DNA of 64,000 nucleotides from positions 875-64,874 of the forward strand of contig JAZQIF010000117.1 in the NCBI GenBank assembly GCA_045540935.1, given 5' to 3'. Below, one piece after another: positions 9,667 through 19,338 of this stretch. This DNA comes from Erysipelotrichaceae bacterium (GTDB lineage Bacteria > Bacillota_I > Bacilli_A > Erysipelotrichales > Erysipelotrichaceae). Position numbers and translations under genes: made by a program. Positions within the stretch are counted from its first letter, which is position 1, and each line of letters begins with the position of its first letter. The notes beneath the pieces are model-generated. The model searched no databases, was not told the DNA's origin, and saw nothing but the letters and a program-made list of their open reading frames with translations.

Positions 9667-11427
9667 ATGAATGACGAACTTGAAAAACTAAAAGGTGACG
9701 TCAAGTTACCCTTACGCGTGATCATCAGAAGAACGCTTAAGTATATCAGCAGTGAAAAGGGCGGCTTTATCCTCTCGCTTCTTTTGCTTGGGCTGAACGT
9801 CGCACTGGATTCCATCTCGCCGTTATTCACCAGCCGCATCACCGATGAGCTCGTACAGGACAATATCAACATCAAGCTGATCCTCAATCTGGTCTTACTG
9901 TCATTTGCGCTGACCTGCATCAACCAGGCCTTCTTATATCTGAATGCCAGGACTTTGCAGAACTGCGGGCAGAGGATCATCTACCGTCTGCGTAAAGAGA
10001 TCTTCGAGCATATTGAAAACATGTCGCTGAACCAGTTCAACGAGATGCCGGTCGGATCGCTTGTCACCCGTGTCACATCCTATACGGCTTCGATGTCCGA
10101 CTTGTTTACCGGCGTCTTAGTCAGGATACTTCGTGATATCACGACCCTGGTCGGCGTCTATGTGATCATGTTCTTCATTTCGCCATCCCTGGCGACGTCC
10201 TTATTGGGTGTCGTTGCCCTGGTCTTTGCGATCTCCTATATCTTCTCCAAGGTGGTCAGAGGCTTCTTCCGTAAGGAAAGGGCCTGCATCTCCGATATCA
10301 ATACCTTCCTCAACGAGAACCTGGCCGGCATGAAGCTGACCCAGGTCTTCAACCAGGAAAAGACCAAGGAAGAACAGTTCTTAGAGAAGAATGAGGCACT
10401 TCGCAAACAGCGTTTCAACGTCATCAAAGCATTCGGTGTCTACCGTCCTTTGATCTCCTTCATCTATAACTGTTCGATCGCCTTGTGTTTCGCTCAGGGC
10501 ATACGCTATGGCTTATCGGCCGGTGAGATCGTCGCATTCTATCTGTATCTGTCCAAATTCTTCAATCCGATACAGAACCTGGCCGACCAGTTAAACGCCT
10601 TGCAGAAGGCTCTGACGGCTTCCGAAAGGATCTTCAACCTGCTCGATGTCAAACCGGATGTCCTCGACAAACCGGATGCGATCAGGATCGAAAAGTTCGA
10701 AGGAAAGATCGAATTCAAAAACGTCTGGTTCGCATACAAGGATGAAAACTGGATATTGAAGGATGTCTCCTTTGTGATCGATCCGAAGACGACCTGTGCC
10801 TTCGTCGGTGCGACCGGTGCAGGCAAGACGACCATCCTTTCTCTGATCGTCAGAAACTACGAAGTACAGAAGGGTGAGATACTGATCGACGGTATCAACA
10901 TCAACGATATCGAACTCAATTCGCTCAGAAGAGCGATCGGTCAGATGTTACAGGATGTATTCCTGTTCTCCGGCACGATCAAAGACAACATCACACTGCA
11001 CGATACTTCCTTTACGAAGGAAGAGATCGAGGAAGCCTGCCGCTATGTCAATGCCGACAGCTTCATCGAAAAGCTTCCGGACAGATACGAGGAAGAGATC
11101 ATCGAAAAAGGCGAGAACTTGTCGCAAGGTCAAAGACAGCTGCTGTCCTTTGCCAGAACGGTGATCCACAAACCGCAGATCCTCATTCTCGATGAGGCGA
11201 CGGCCAATATCGATACCGAGACCGAAGTTCTCATACAGCAGTCTTTGGAGAAGATGAAGTCCATCGGTACGATGCTGGTAGTCGCTCACAGGCTTTCCAC
11301 CATCCAGCATGCCGATCAGATCATCGTCTTACAGAATGGTGAGATCGTTGAGAAAGGTGATCATCAGCACTTGCTGAAGAATCGCGGTTATTACTATAAA
11401 CTTTATCAGCTTCAATTCGAAAACTGA
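9667..11427 (+). CDS. ABC exporter half-transporter, consensus-site subunit
   Basis: Walker A GATGAGKTT, Walker B ILILDEATANID, altered signature LSQGQRQL. The start abuts the upstream stop. Confidence 0.9.
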   Translation: MNDELEKLKGDVKLPLRVIIRRTLKYISSEKGGFILSLLLLGLNVALDSISPLFTSRITDELVQDNINIKLILNLVLLSFALTCINQAFLYLNARTLQNCGQRIIYRLRKEIFEHIENMSLNQFNEMPVGSLVTRVTSYTASMSDLFTGVLVRILRDITTLVGVYVIMFFISPSLATSLLGVVALVFAISYIFSKVVRGFFRKERACISDINTFLNENLAGMKLTQVFNQEKTKEEQFLEKNEALRKQRFNVIKAFGVYRPLISFIYNCSIALCFAQGIRYGLSAGEIVAFYLYLSKFFNPIQNLADQLNALQKALTASERIFNLLDVKPDVLDKPDAIRIEKFEGKIEFKNVWFAYKDENWILKDVSFVIDPKTTCAFVGATGAGKTTILSLIVRNYEVQKGEILIDGININDIELNSLRRAIGQMLQDVFLFSGTIKDNITLHDTSFTKEEIEEACRYVNADSFIEKLPDRYEEEIIEKGENLSQGQRQLLSFARTVIHKPQILILDEATANIDTETEVLIQQSLEKMKSIGTMLVVAHRLSTIQHADQIIVLQNGEIVEKGDHQHLLKNRGYYYKLYQLQFEN

Positions 11428-11429
11428 TC

Positions 11430-11463
11430 AGGATATTGTCAAATTTGACAATATCCTTTTTCT
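11430..11463 (+). terminator. intrinsic terminator (perfect 14-bp palindrome)
   Basis: AGGATATTGTCAAA/TTTGACAATATCCT followed by TTTTTC. Confidence 0.8.
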
Positions 11464-11566
11464 TTTGGTAAGAAGATGGGTGTCTTTCCTTGAAACAGGA
11501 AAATACATGGGGTTAAAATAAGGATATAAGGAAGCGTTTACATTGCTTTCTGAAGAAGGAGAAAAA

Positions 11567-12793
11567 ATGAAAAAGTTACTCGCATTATTACTCGCAGTAC
11601 TGATGTGCCTGTCACTTGCTGCATGTTCAAACGGCGGCGGTGAAGCACCTGCTGAGACTCCGGCTGAAGAACCTGCAGCTGAAACTGCAGCAGAAACATT
11701 CGAAGAACTGCTAGCTGCCGGTATCGCAAACGGAAACAAGCTGACGATCTATTCGACACACTCCGTTACCGTTTCCGCTCTGGAAGCGTTCATGAAGAAG
11801 TATGCTCCTGAGATCGAGTATGAGGGAACTCAGATCGGTGACACCAACCAGGTCACACAGGTCGCTCAGGAAGTCAAGGAAGGCGTTTTAGGCGCTGACA
11901 TCATCTTCATTCAGGATGGTGCACGTGTCTTGACTGACCTCGTTGAAGAAGGCTATGTCTACAACTGGTACAACCAGGAGATCAAAGACCTGGTAGGTGA
12001 TGATTGCGAACCTCTGCTTGTCTGGGATTACTGCAATAAGGTCATCATGTACAACAACGGCGCCGACAACACTTACAACGAAGGCGACATCACCAACCTC
12101 TGGTATGCGACTGACCCGGCAAACAAGGGTGCGTTCTGGATGAAGGATCCGACAACGGAAGGCGTCAACATGAACTTCTTAGTCAATCTGACTTCCGATG
12201 AGAATGCAGCAAAGCTTGAAGCAGCTTATAAAGAATACTACGGAACAGACATCGTCCTCGATGAAGATTGCCCGAATGCCGGCTATCAGTTCATCAAGAT
12301 GTTATATGCCAACGAAATGATGCTCGGTTCTTCCGACTCCACGATCGCTAAGGATATCGCGGCAGCTGAAAAACCACAGTCCGGTCTTCTGACTCTGAAC
12401 AAGTATCTGAAGTCCCGCGGCACAAGAGATGACGGTACGACTTTCAACCTCTTATATGCGAAAGATGATGTCAATCCGGTCGCCGGCTTCATTTATCCGA
12501 TCTACGGTCTGCAGGTCGCAAATGCCGACAACCCTGAACTGGCAAAGGCATTCCTGATCTGGTTATATTCACCGGAAGGCTGGTACGGCGATGGTGAAAT
12601 GACGATCGCTGATGGTTCTGTATACAAAGGTATGCAGGGCAGATACGGCGATTACTCCGGAAATACTTCCAACCCTGTCGCAGACGGTGATATGTCTGTC
12701 GTCGAATGGAAGAAGATCCTCGTCCAGGAAGATGCAGTACAGGCAGCAGAATACAGAGCTGATGTCGAAGACTTCATCCAGCTGGTCAAATAA
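11567..12793 (+). CDS. ABC importer substrate-binding lipoprotein (Fe3+/polyamine-type SBP family)
   Basis: Lipobox LSLAAC after MKKLLALLLAVLMC, followed by a low-complexity linker (GGGEAPAETPAEEPAAETAAE) and then a periplasmic-binding-protein-like domain. RBS AGGAGA upstream of 11567. Confidence 0.8.
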   Translation: MKKLLALLLAVLMCLSLAACSNGGGEAPAETPAEEPAAETAAETFEELLAAGIANGNKLTIYSTHSVTVSALEAFMKKYAPEIEYEGTQIGDTNQVTQVAQEVKEGVLGADIIFIQDGARVLTDLVEEGYVYNWYNQEIKDLVGDDCEPLLVWDYCNKVIMYNNGADNTYNEGDITNLWYATDPANKGAFWMKDPTTEGVNMNFLVNLTSDENAAKLEAAYKEYYGTDIVLDEDCPNAGYQFIKMLYANEMMLGSSDSTIAKDIAAAEKPQSGLLTLNKYLKSRGTRDDGTTFNLLYAKDDVNPVAGFIYPIYGLQVANADNPELAKAFLIWLYSPEGWYGDGEMTIADGSVYKGMQGRYGDYSGNTSNPVADGDMSVVEWKKILVQEDAVQAAEYRADVEDFIQLVK

Positions 12794-12818
12794 TCATTTC
12801 TAAAACATAATCTGTTTG

Positions 12819-12852
12819 AAAGGGGCTTGGGCGTTGGCCCGGTCCCTTTTTT
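12819..12852 (+). terminator. intercistronic hairpin plus T-tract (partial terminator/attenuator after the SBP gene)
   Basis: AAAGGG...GGGC-gttg-GCCC...CCCTTTTTT lies directly before the RBS of the permease gene. Confidence 0.45.
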
Positions 12853-12871
12853 CTTAGAAAGGAGGAAGAAA

Positions 12872-14665
12872 ATGAAAAAACGTTGGAACAGGATCAAGAC
12901 CTTTTTCAGCAAACCCTACAATATCCTTCTGATAGCGTTTCTGATCGTCCTGTCATTCCTGGTCGTCATCCCGCTGATCTCGATCGTCAGGGATACGTTC
13001 ATCGTTCATTCCGCAGAAAAATCCAGGGTCCATCAGGCAGTCGGAACTTTCACGACCTATCACTGGAAGCGTCTTTTCGGTGCCCAGTTCTCCAAGTCGC
13101 TGCTGTGGGATCCTTTGAAACATTCGATCGTGACTTCCGCCTGGGCGTGTGTCGTCTCGATCCTGATCGGCGGTTCCTTTGCCTGGCTGGTCTCCAGAAG
13201 TGACATGCGCTGGAAAAAACTGCTGACCAAGCTGTTCATCTTCCCGTACATCATGCCGAGCTGGACTTTAGGCCTTGCCTGGAAGAACTTCTTCAAGAAC
13301 ATCGAGATCACCGGATCCAACGGTATCTTCTATTCCCTGACCGGGATACAGGTACCTACCTGGTTTGCCTATGGTGAATTTCCGATCATCATCGTCACCG
13401 GCATGCATTATGCGCCATTCGCTTATATCCTGATCGGCGGTATCCTGCATAACATGGACGCAAACCTGGAAGAGGCGGCGATCATCTTAAAGACCAACCG
13501 TTTGAGGATGTTTTTACGTATCACGATCCCGATCGTCATGCCGGCAGTATTATCGACCATCATCCTGGTCTTCTCCGGTGCCATGGCATCCTTTGCCACG
13601 CCGCAGTTCCTGGGCCTGCCGGTACGATATTATGTCCTGACGACCGAATTATATGCATCGATCAACGGCACCAATCCGGGTGTCGGCTATATCCTGGCGA
13701 TGATCATGATCCTGATCTCGGTCATCATCATGTTTATCAACCAGCGCCTGATCGGTAACCGTAAGTCCTATGCGACCGTTACCGGCAAGTCGGCCAATAT
13801 CTCGATCTTCCATCTGGGTATCTGGCGTACACCGGTATCGATCTTTGCCTTCATCGTCGTCATGTGCATGTCGGTCATCCCGCTGGTGACCTTTGCACTG
13901 GAATCCTTACTGTCATACACCGGCGTCTATGATTTCAATAACCTGACACTGTCCTTCTGGATCGGTCAGGCACAGGGACACGATACCTGGCAATCGGAAT
14001 CCGGTATCCTGCGCAACGCGGAAGTCTATCGTACGTTATGGAACTCTCTGAAGCTTTCCTTCACCTGTTCGATCGGTGCCGGTACTCTGGGTTTCCTGGC
14101 CGGTTACAGTATCGTACGCAGAAGGGGAAGCATGTTATCAAGACTGGTCGAAGATCTGACCTTCATTCCGTATCTGATCCCTTCGATGGCCTTCTCAGCG
14201 ATCTACTTATCGATGTTTGCGACAAAGCACGGTATTATTCCTTCCCTGTACGGAAGCTTTGCGATACTGGCTCTGATCGGTACCATCAAGTATCTGCCGA
14301 TGGCTTCAAGAAGCGGTGTCAACTCGATGCTGCAGCTATCGCCTGAGATCGAGGAAGCCGGTATCATCATGGGCGTTCCTTGGGTCAAGCGTATGACGCG
14401 CATCATCATTCCGATCGAAAAGACGACGATCGTTTCCGGTTACCTGCTGCCGTTTATTTCCGCGATGAGAGAACTTTCACTCTTCGTCATCCTGGTCACG
14501 GCAAATAACAGAGTATTGACGACATTATTGCTGTTCTACGATGAGAAAGGTTACACGCAGTTCTCCAATGCCGTCAACCTGCTGATCATCATCGTCGTAC
14601 TGCTGATCAACTTCACGGTTGAAAAGCTGACCGGAGCTTCCATCGAAAAGGGTGTAGGAGGATAA
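12872..14665 (+). CDS. ABC importer permease, fused two-module (about 12 TM) FbpB/ThiP-like
   Basis: About 600 aa with two repeats of the binding-protein-dependent permease fold. The start is chosen at MKKRWNRIK, after AAAGGAGGA. Confidence 0.85.
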   Translation: MKKRWNRIKTFFSKPYNILLIAFLIVLSFLVVIPLISIVRDTFIVHSAEKSRVHQAVGTFTTYHWKRLFGAQFSKSLLWDPLKHSIVTSAWACVVSILIGGSFAWLVSRSDMRWKKLLTKLFIFPYIMPSWTLGLAWKNFFKNIEITGSNGIFYSLTGIQVPTWFAYGEFPIIIVTGMHYAPFAYILIGGILHNMDANLEEAAIILKTNRLRMFLRITIPIVMPAVLSTIILVFSGAMASFATPQFLGLPVRYYVLTTELYASINGTNPGVGYILAMIMILISVIIMFINQRLIGNRKSYATVTGKSANISIFHLGIWRTPVSIFAFIVVMCMSVIPLVTFALESLLSYTGVYDFNNLTLSFWIGQAQGHDTWQSESGILRNAEVYRTLWNSLKLSFTCSIGAGTLGFLAGYSIVRRRGSMLSRLVEDLTFIPYLIPSMAFSAIYLSMFATKHGIIPSLYGSFAILALIGTIKYLPMASRSGVNSMLQLSPEIEEAGIIMGVPWVKRMTRIIIPIEKTTIVSGYLLPFISAMRELSLFVILVTANNRVLTTLLLFYDEKGYTQFSNAVNLLIIIVVLLINFTVEKLTGASIEKGVGG

Positions 14666-14669
14666 AATC

Positions 14670-15782
14670 ATGCCAACAATCAAATTAGTCAATATCACAA
14701 AGAAATTCGGCAAAGGATCTTTAGCCGTCGATAAACTCAACATGGAGATCAGAAACGGCGAATTCGTCTCGCTGCTTGGTCCTTCGGGCTGCGGTAAGAC
14801 GACGACGCTTCGAATGATCGCGGGTCTTGAAACGCCGACGGAAGGCGAGATCTATTTCGATGATGAATGCGTATTCTCGGATGAAAAAGGCATCAACCTG
14901 TCTCCGGATAAGCGAAATGTCGGTTTCCTTTTCCAGAACTACGCTTTGTGGCCGCACATGACGGTCTACAAGAACATCTCGTTCGGTCTCGAGAATATGA
15001 AGTGGCCGAAAGACAAGATCGATGCACGTGTCAAAGAGATCTGCAAGACCATGCGTATCGAAGAATACATGAACCGTTATCCGGCGGAGCTCTCCGGCGG
15101 TCAGCAGCAGCGTGTCGCGATCGCCAGGACCCTGGCACCAAATCCGAAAGTCCTGCTGATGGACGAGCCGTTATCCAATCTGGATGCGAAGCTTCGTAAC
15201 GACATGCGTGCCGAGCTCAAGAGACTTCACAAGACGACCGATTCCACATTCGTCTATGTCACTCACGACCAGTCGGAAGCCATGACGCTGTCCACCAAGG
15301 TCGCTTTGATCAAGCTGGGCATCTTACAGCAGTATTGTCCGCCGCTTGAACTCTATGGCGAACCGGCAAACATCTTCTGTGCCGACTTCATGGGCAATCC
15401 GTCCATGAACTTCGTCAATGTCAAAGGTGTCAAAGACGGTGATTCTCTGTTGTTGAGCAACGATCACTTCAATGTCCGCTTCACACCGAACGACAAGATC
15501 GAACTCAAAGACGGTGACTACGTCTTAGGCATCCGTCCGGAATTCGTCAAGATCTGTGAAGACGGCATCGAGTCAAGAGTCATCTCTTCACTTCCTTCCG
15601 GCATGGAGACCACACTTTCCTTAGGTGTCGGCGATGTCACGCTTTCGGCGGTGGCTTTCGGTTCCGTCGACTTTGCGATGGATTCCGTCGAGCACTTCAA
15701 CTTCGAAGGAAACAAGTACGTGCTCTTTGACAAGGAGAGTGAGAAGAATCTGTCTTTAGGCTCACTTGAGATCGTCAGATAA
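14670..15782 (+). CDS. ABC importer ATP-binding protein (MalK/PotA/FbpC-like with C-terminal regulatory domain)
   Basis: Walker A GPSGCGKTT, signature LSGGQQQR, Walker B LLMDEPLSNLD, and a C-terminal beta-rich extension of about 130 aa. Confidence 0.9.
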   Translation: MPTIKLVNITKKFGKGSLAVDKLNMEIRNGEFVSLLGPSGCGKTTTLRMIAGLETPTEGEIYFDDECVFSDEKGINLSPDKRNVGFLFQNYALWPHMTVYKNISFGLENMKWPKDKIDARVKEICKTMRIEEYMNRYPAELSGGQQQRVAIARTLAPNPKVLLMDEPLSNLDAKLRNDMRAELKRLHKTTDSTFVYVTHDQSEAMTLSTKVALIKLGILQQYCPPLELYGEPANIFCADFMGNPSMNFVNVKGVKDGDSLLLSNDHFNVRFTPNDKIELKDGDYVLGIRPEFVKICEDGIESRVISSLPSGMETTLSLGVGDVTLSAVAFGSVDFAMDSVEHFNFEGNKYVLFDKESEKNLSLGSLEIVR

Positions 15783-16420
15783 TGGAGCCGGATTCTTTTG
15801 AAAACAAACTGAGCAGATGGGCAGGACGGTTGAGCAATATCGTCCTGCTTGGTTTTTTCTGCCTGCTGTGCTGTGTCCCGGTCATCACGATCGGCGCATC
15901 ATTCACTGCGCTTTATGAAGCGATGGGCGAATATCTGATCGATGACAACGATAAAGTCCTGCGTCCGTTTTTCCGGACGTTCAAGGAACGCTTCCTTCTT
16001 TCCACGAAGGTCTTTGCGTTACACCTCGTCTTTATCGCCATCTTCATCTGGGACCTGGTCTATTACCGTACCGGTTCATCGACCCTGGATTATATCGGCC
16101 AGGCAGCATCGTTTTCGCTTCTGATGCTTAGTGTATTTGAACTGACCTGTGTATGGATACTGATCTCGCAAGGCATGGCCTCCAAGACTTTTGAAGCCAT
16201 ATCCTCGTCTTTGAATATGGCCTTCAGCTGTCTGAAGGAATCTCTGTCTTTGCTGGGACTGACTATCGCAGCCTGCGTGATATGTGTCGTATTATTACGG
16301 CCGTTCATCCTGGTGCTTCCCGGCGTGATCGCTTTCTTACACTGGCAGATCATTCCCGAGATGCTGCAGAAGTATCGTTTCAAGATGAAACAGATGAATT
16401 ACAGAAAAGGAAACAACTGA
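15782..16420 (+). CDS. DUF624 (YesL-like) membrane protein
   Basis: N-terminal pattern SNIVLLGFFCLLCCVPVITIGASFTALYEAM...FFRTFKERF resembles B. subtilis YesL. It has about 5 TM helices. TAATG overlap with the ATPase gene. Confidence 0.6.
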   Translation: MEPDSFENKLSRWAGRLSNIVLLGFFCLLCCVPVITIGASFTALYEAMGEYLIDDNDKVLRPFFRTFKERFLLSTKVFALHLVFIAIFIWDLVYYRTGSSTLDYIGQAASFSLLMLSVFELTCVWILISQGMASKTFEAISSSLNMAFSCLKESLSLLGLTIAACVICVVLLRPFILVLPGVIAFLHWQIIPEMLQKYRFKMKQMNYRKGNN

Positions 16421-16421
16421 T

Positions 16422-17378
16422 ATGAAATACAAAAAGATCGAAAGGCTAGGCATCGAGATCTCTCCGATCGCTTTGGGGACCTGGGGGATCGGCGCTGCCG
16501 GCTGGGGCGATGTCAAAGATGAAGAATCGATCGAAACGATCCGCTATATGGTCGACCGCGGTGTCAACCTCATCGATACGGCTCCGGTCTATGGTCTTGG
16601 ACATTCCGAAGAGATCGTCGGCAAAGCCTTACAGGGCATCAGAGACAAGGTCATTCTGGTCTCCAAATGCGGCATCACCAGAAAAAAGGCGACCGGTTTT
16701 GGCAAAGATGGCCCGGTGAGGGACTCTTCGCCTGAGATGATCTTGAAACAGGTCGAAGAATCATTGGAAAGATTACAGACCGATCATCTCGATGTGCTGC
16801 TCATCCACTGGCCGGATGTCAATACGCCGTTTGAAGAGACGGCGGAAGCTTTAAAACAGCTCAAGAACGAAGGCAAGATCCGCTTCTCCGGTATCTGCAA
16901 CTTCGAAAACGAACAGATCGATGCTTTCTACAAGACCGGTGCACTCGACTTTGCCCAATACCAGTTCTCACTGCTGGAAGACAAGTGGAGTCGCAACTTA
17001 AAGAAGTATGCTGACCTGGGCATTGCGACGATGGCGTATGGAGCATTAGGCGGCGGTATCCTGACGGGAGCGTATCGGACGATGCCGGAATTCGCATCGG
17101 ATGACATGCGCCTGAACTTCTATCCGTTCTTCAAACCGGAACGTTTTGAAAAGACGATGTCGCTGCTCGATGTGATGGATCAGATCGCAAAGGATCACAA
17201 TGTTGATGTCGGGGAAGTGGCGATCAATTATACGGCGGATCTGCCTTATGTCACCACCGCCCTTGTCGGCTGCAGCAAGCCTCATCACGCAAAGATGAAC
17301 TGCGATGCTCTGGAGTGGCAGATGAGCGATGCGGAAAAGGAAACGCTGGAAAAAGCCGCAGCTGAAATACGGAATTAG
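16422..17378 (+). CDS. aldo/keto reductase
   Basis: LGTWGIG...IDTAPVYGLGHSEEIVGKAL...LLIHWPD motifs of the AKR superfamily. 318 aa. Confidence 0.85.
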   Translation: MKYKKIERLGIEISPIALGTWGIGAAGWGDVKDEESIETIRYMVDRGVNLIDTAPVYGLGHSEEIVGKALQGIRDKVILVSKCGITRKKATGFGKDGPVRDSSPEMILKQVEESLERLQTDHLDVLLIHWPDVNTPFEETAEALKQLKNEGKIRFSGICNFENEQIDAFYKTGALDFAQYQFSLLEDKWSRNLKKYADLGIATMAYGALGGGILTGAYRTMPEFASDDMRLNFYPFFKPERFEKTMSLLDVMDQIAKDHNVDVGEVAINYTADLPYVTTALVGCSKPHHAKMNCDALEWQMSDAEKETLEKAAAEIRN

Positions 17379-17401
17379 GAAGATCGCAAGATCTTCTTTT
17401 T
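17379..17401 (+). terminator. intrinsic terminator
   Basis: GAAGATC-gcaa-GATCTTC followed by TTTTT. Confidence 0.75.
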
Positions 17402-17408
17402 CGCATAT

Positions 17409-17430
17409 AAAAAAAAGAAGCTTTCGCTTC
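17409..17430 (-). terminator. intrinsic terminator of ppiB
   Basis: The minus strand reads GAAGC-gaaa-GCTTC followed by T8, immediately after the ppiB stop. Confidence 0.7.
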
Positions 17431-17913
17431 TTATAAGATCTCGATCGTTTTGATGCGCTGCGCTTCTAACGGTTTGTCACGGAAATCGGTCCGGACATTG
17501 GCTATCTCATCCACGGTCTCGATGCCCTCGTACACTTTGCCGAACGCCGCATACTGGCCATCGAGATGCGGGGCATCTTCATGCATGATGAAGAACTGTG
17601 AGGAGGCGGAGTTGGGATCCATGGTCCTGGCCATCGATAAGACGCCTCTGGTGTGTTTGAGCTCATTAACGAAACCGTTGGACAGAAATTCGCCCGGGAT
17701 CGTCTTTTCGCTGCCGCCCATGCCGGTGCCGGTCGGGTCACCGCCCTGGATCATGAAACCTTTGATGACTCTGTGAAAGATGATGCCGTCAAAGAAATGG
17801 TCCTTTATAAGACTTATAAAGTTTTCGACCGTCTTTGGTGCGACATCCGGATACAGTTCGGCTTTCATCGTTTTGCCGTTTTCCATCGTGATCTGAATCT
17901 TAATGTTTTCCAT
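17431..17913 (-). CDS. ppiB: peptidyl-prolyl cis-trans isomerase, cyclophilin type
   Basis: FHRVIKGFMIQGGDP...GTGMGG...SMAR...NSASSQFFI are cyclophilin signature blocks. Confidence 0.9.
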   Translation of the reverse strand: MENIKIQITMENGKTMKAELYPDVAPKTVENFISLIKDHFFDGIIFHRVIKGFMIQGGDPTGTGMGGSEKTIPGEFLSNGFVNELKHTRGVLSMARTMDPNSASSQFFIMHEDAPHLDGQYAAFGKVYEGIETVDEIANVRTDFRDKPLEAQRIKTIEIL

Positions 17914-17988
17914 AGTATAAACCTCGTATCATCATTCTAACATTTTGCGCTATAATATGTTCAAATAAATCTGATATGGAGGTACACG

Positions 17989-19338
17989 ATGAACAGATAT
18001 GTTGAAGAAGTAATTGCTTACGTGGAAAACAAATATGCTCACCAGCCGGAATTCGTCCAGACCGTTGAAGAAGTGTTCACCTCCATCGCCCCGGTCGTCG
18101 ACAGACATCCGGAGTATGAAAAAGCGGACCTTTTAAGACGGATGGTCGAACCCGAAAGGATGTTTCGATTCCGTGTCGTATGGACGGATGATCAAGGAAA
18201 TACCAGGACCAATGTCGGCTATCGCTGCCAGTTCAATGGGGCGATCGGACCTTACAAAGGGGGTCTTCGTTTCCGCGACAACGTCAATGAAAGCCTGATC
18301 AAGTTTTTAGGCTTTGAACAGACTTTCAAGAATTCGCTGACCGGCCAGCCGATCGGCGGGGCAAAAGGCGGCTCGGATTTTGATCCGTCAGGCAAGTCCG
18401 ACAGTGAGATCATGCGCTTCTGTCAGAGCTTCATGACTGCCCTTTATCGTTATATCGGACCGGATATCGATGTTCCGGCCGGCGATATCGGTGTCGGCTC
18501 CAGAGAGATCGGCTATCTCTATGGCCAGTATCGAAGACTCAAAGGGACGTTTGAAAACGGAGTACTGACCGGCAAGGGATTGAGCTATGGCGGTTCCCTG
18601 ATCCGTCCGGAAGCGACCGGCTATGGTGCGATCTACTATCTGCAGGAAGTCCTGAAACATGAAAATGACAGCATCGCCGGCAAAAGGATCGCTGTCTCCG
18701 GTTATGGCAATGTCTCCTGGGGCATCATGAAAAAGGCAGCCCAGCTCGATGCCAAGGTCACCTACATGTCCGGTTCTGCCGGTTACATCCATGATCCGGA
18801 AGGCATCTCGACACCGGAAAAACTACAGTTCATCCTGGATCTTCGGGCATCCAATTCAAAGGATCTGAAGTCTTATGCTGACAGATTCGGCTGCGAGTTC
18901 TATCCGAAGCAGACCTTCTGGGGAGCGGATGATGTCGATATCTATATGCCTGCCGCAACGCAGAACGAAGTCGGCATGGAAGAAGCGAAAAAGATCGTCG
19001 CTTCAGGCGTCAAATATTATCTGGAAGTCTCCAATATGCCGACCTCCAACGAAGCGATACAGTATATGAAGGATCACGGCATCATCGTAGCGCCGTCCAA
19101 GGCCGTCAATGCCGGCGGTGTCGGTGTCTCGGCACTGGAGATGTCACAGAACTCCGAACGTCTCTCATGGACGGAAGAAGAAGTCGACGAAAGACTCAAG
19201 CGGATGATGAAAAACATCTATGACAAATCCGTCGAAGCAGCGGAGCGTTACGGCCTGGGTTATGATCTGATCGCCGGAGGCAATATCGCCGGTTTTGAAA
19301 AAGTCGCGGAAGCGATGATGGAGCAAGGTTTGTTTTAA
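17989..19338 (+). CDS. gdhA: NADP-specific glutamate dehydrogenase
   Basis: 449 aa. It has the GGAKGGSDFDP catalytic-lysine block, the GDIGVG motif and the SGYGNV dinucleotide fold. Confidence 0.92.
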   Translation: MNRYVEEVIAYVENKYAHQPEFVQTVEEVFTSIAPVVDRHPEYEKADLLRRMVEPERMFRFRVVWTDDQGNTRTNVGYRCQFNGAIGPYKGGLRFRDNVNESLIKFLGFEQTFKNSLTGQPIGGAKGGSDFDPSGKSDSEIMRFCQSFMTALYRYIGPDIDVPAGDIGVGSREIGYLYGQYRRLKGTFENGVLTGKGLSYGGSLIRPEATGYGAIYYLQEVLKHENDSIAGKRIAVSGYGNVSWGIMKKAAQLDAKVTYMSGSAGYIHDPEGISTPEKLQFILDLRASNSKDLKSYADRFGCEFYPKQTFWGADDVDIYMPAATQNEVGMEEAKKIVASGVKYYLEVSNMPTSNEAIQYMKDHGIIVAPSKAVNAGGVGVSALEMSQNSERLSWTEEEVDERLKRMMKNIYDKSVEAAERYGLGYDLIAGGNIAGFEKVAEAMMEQGLF

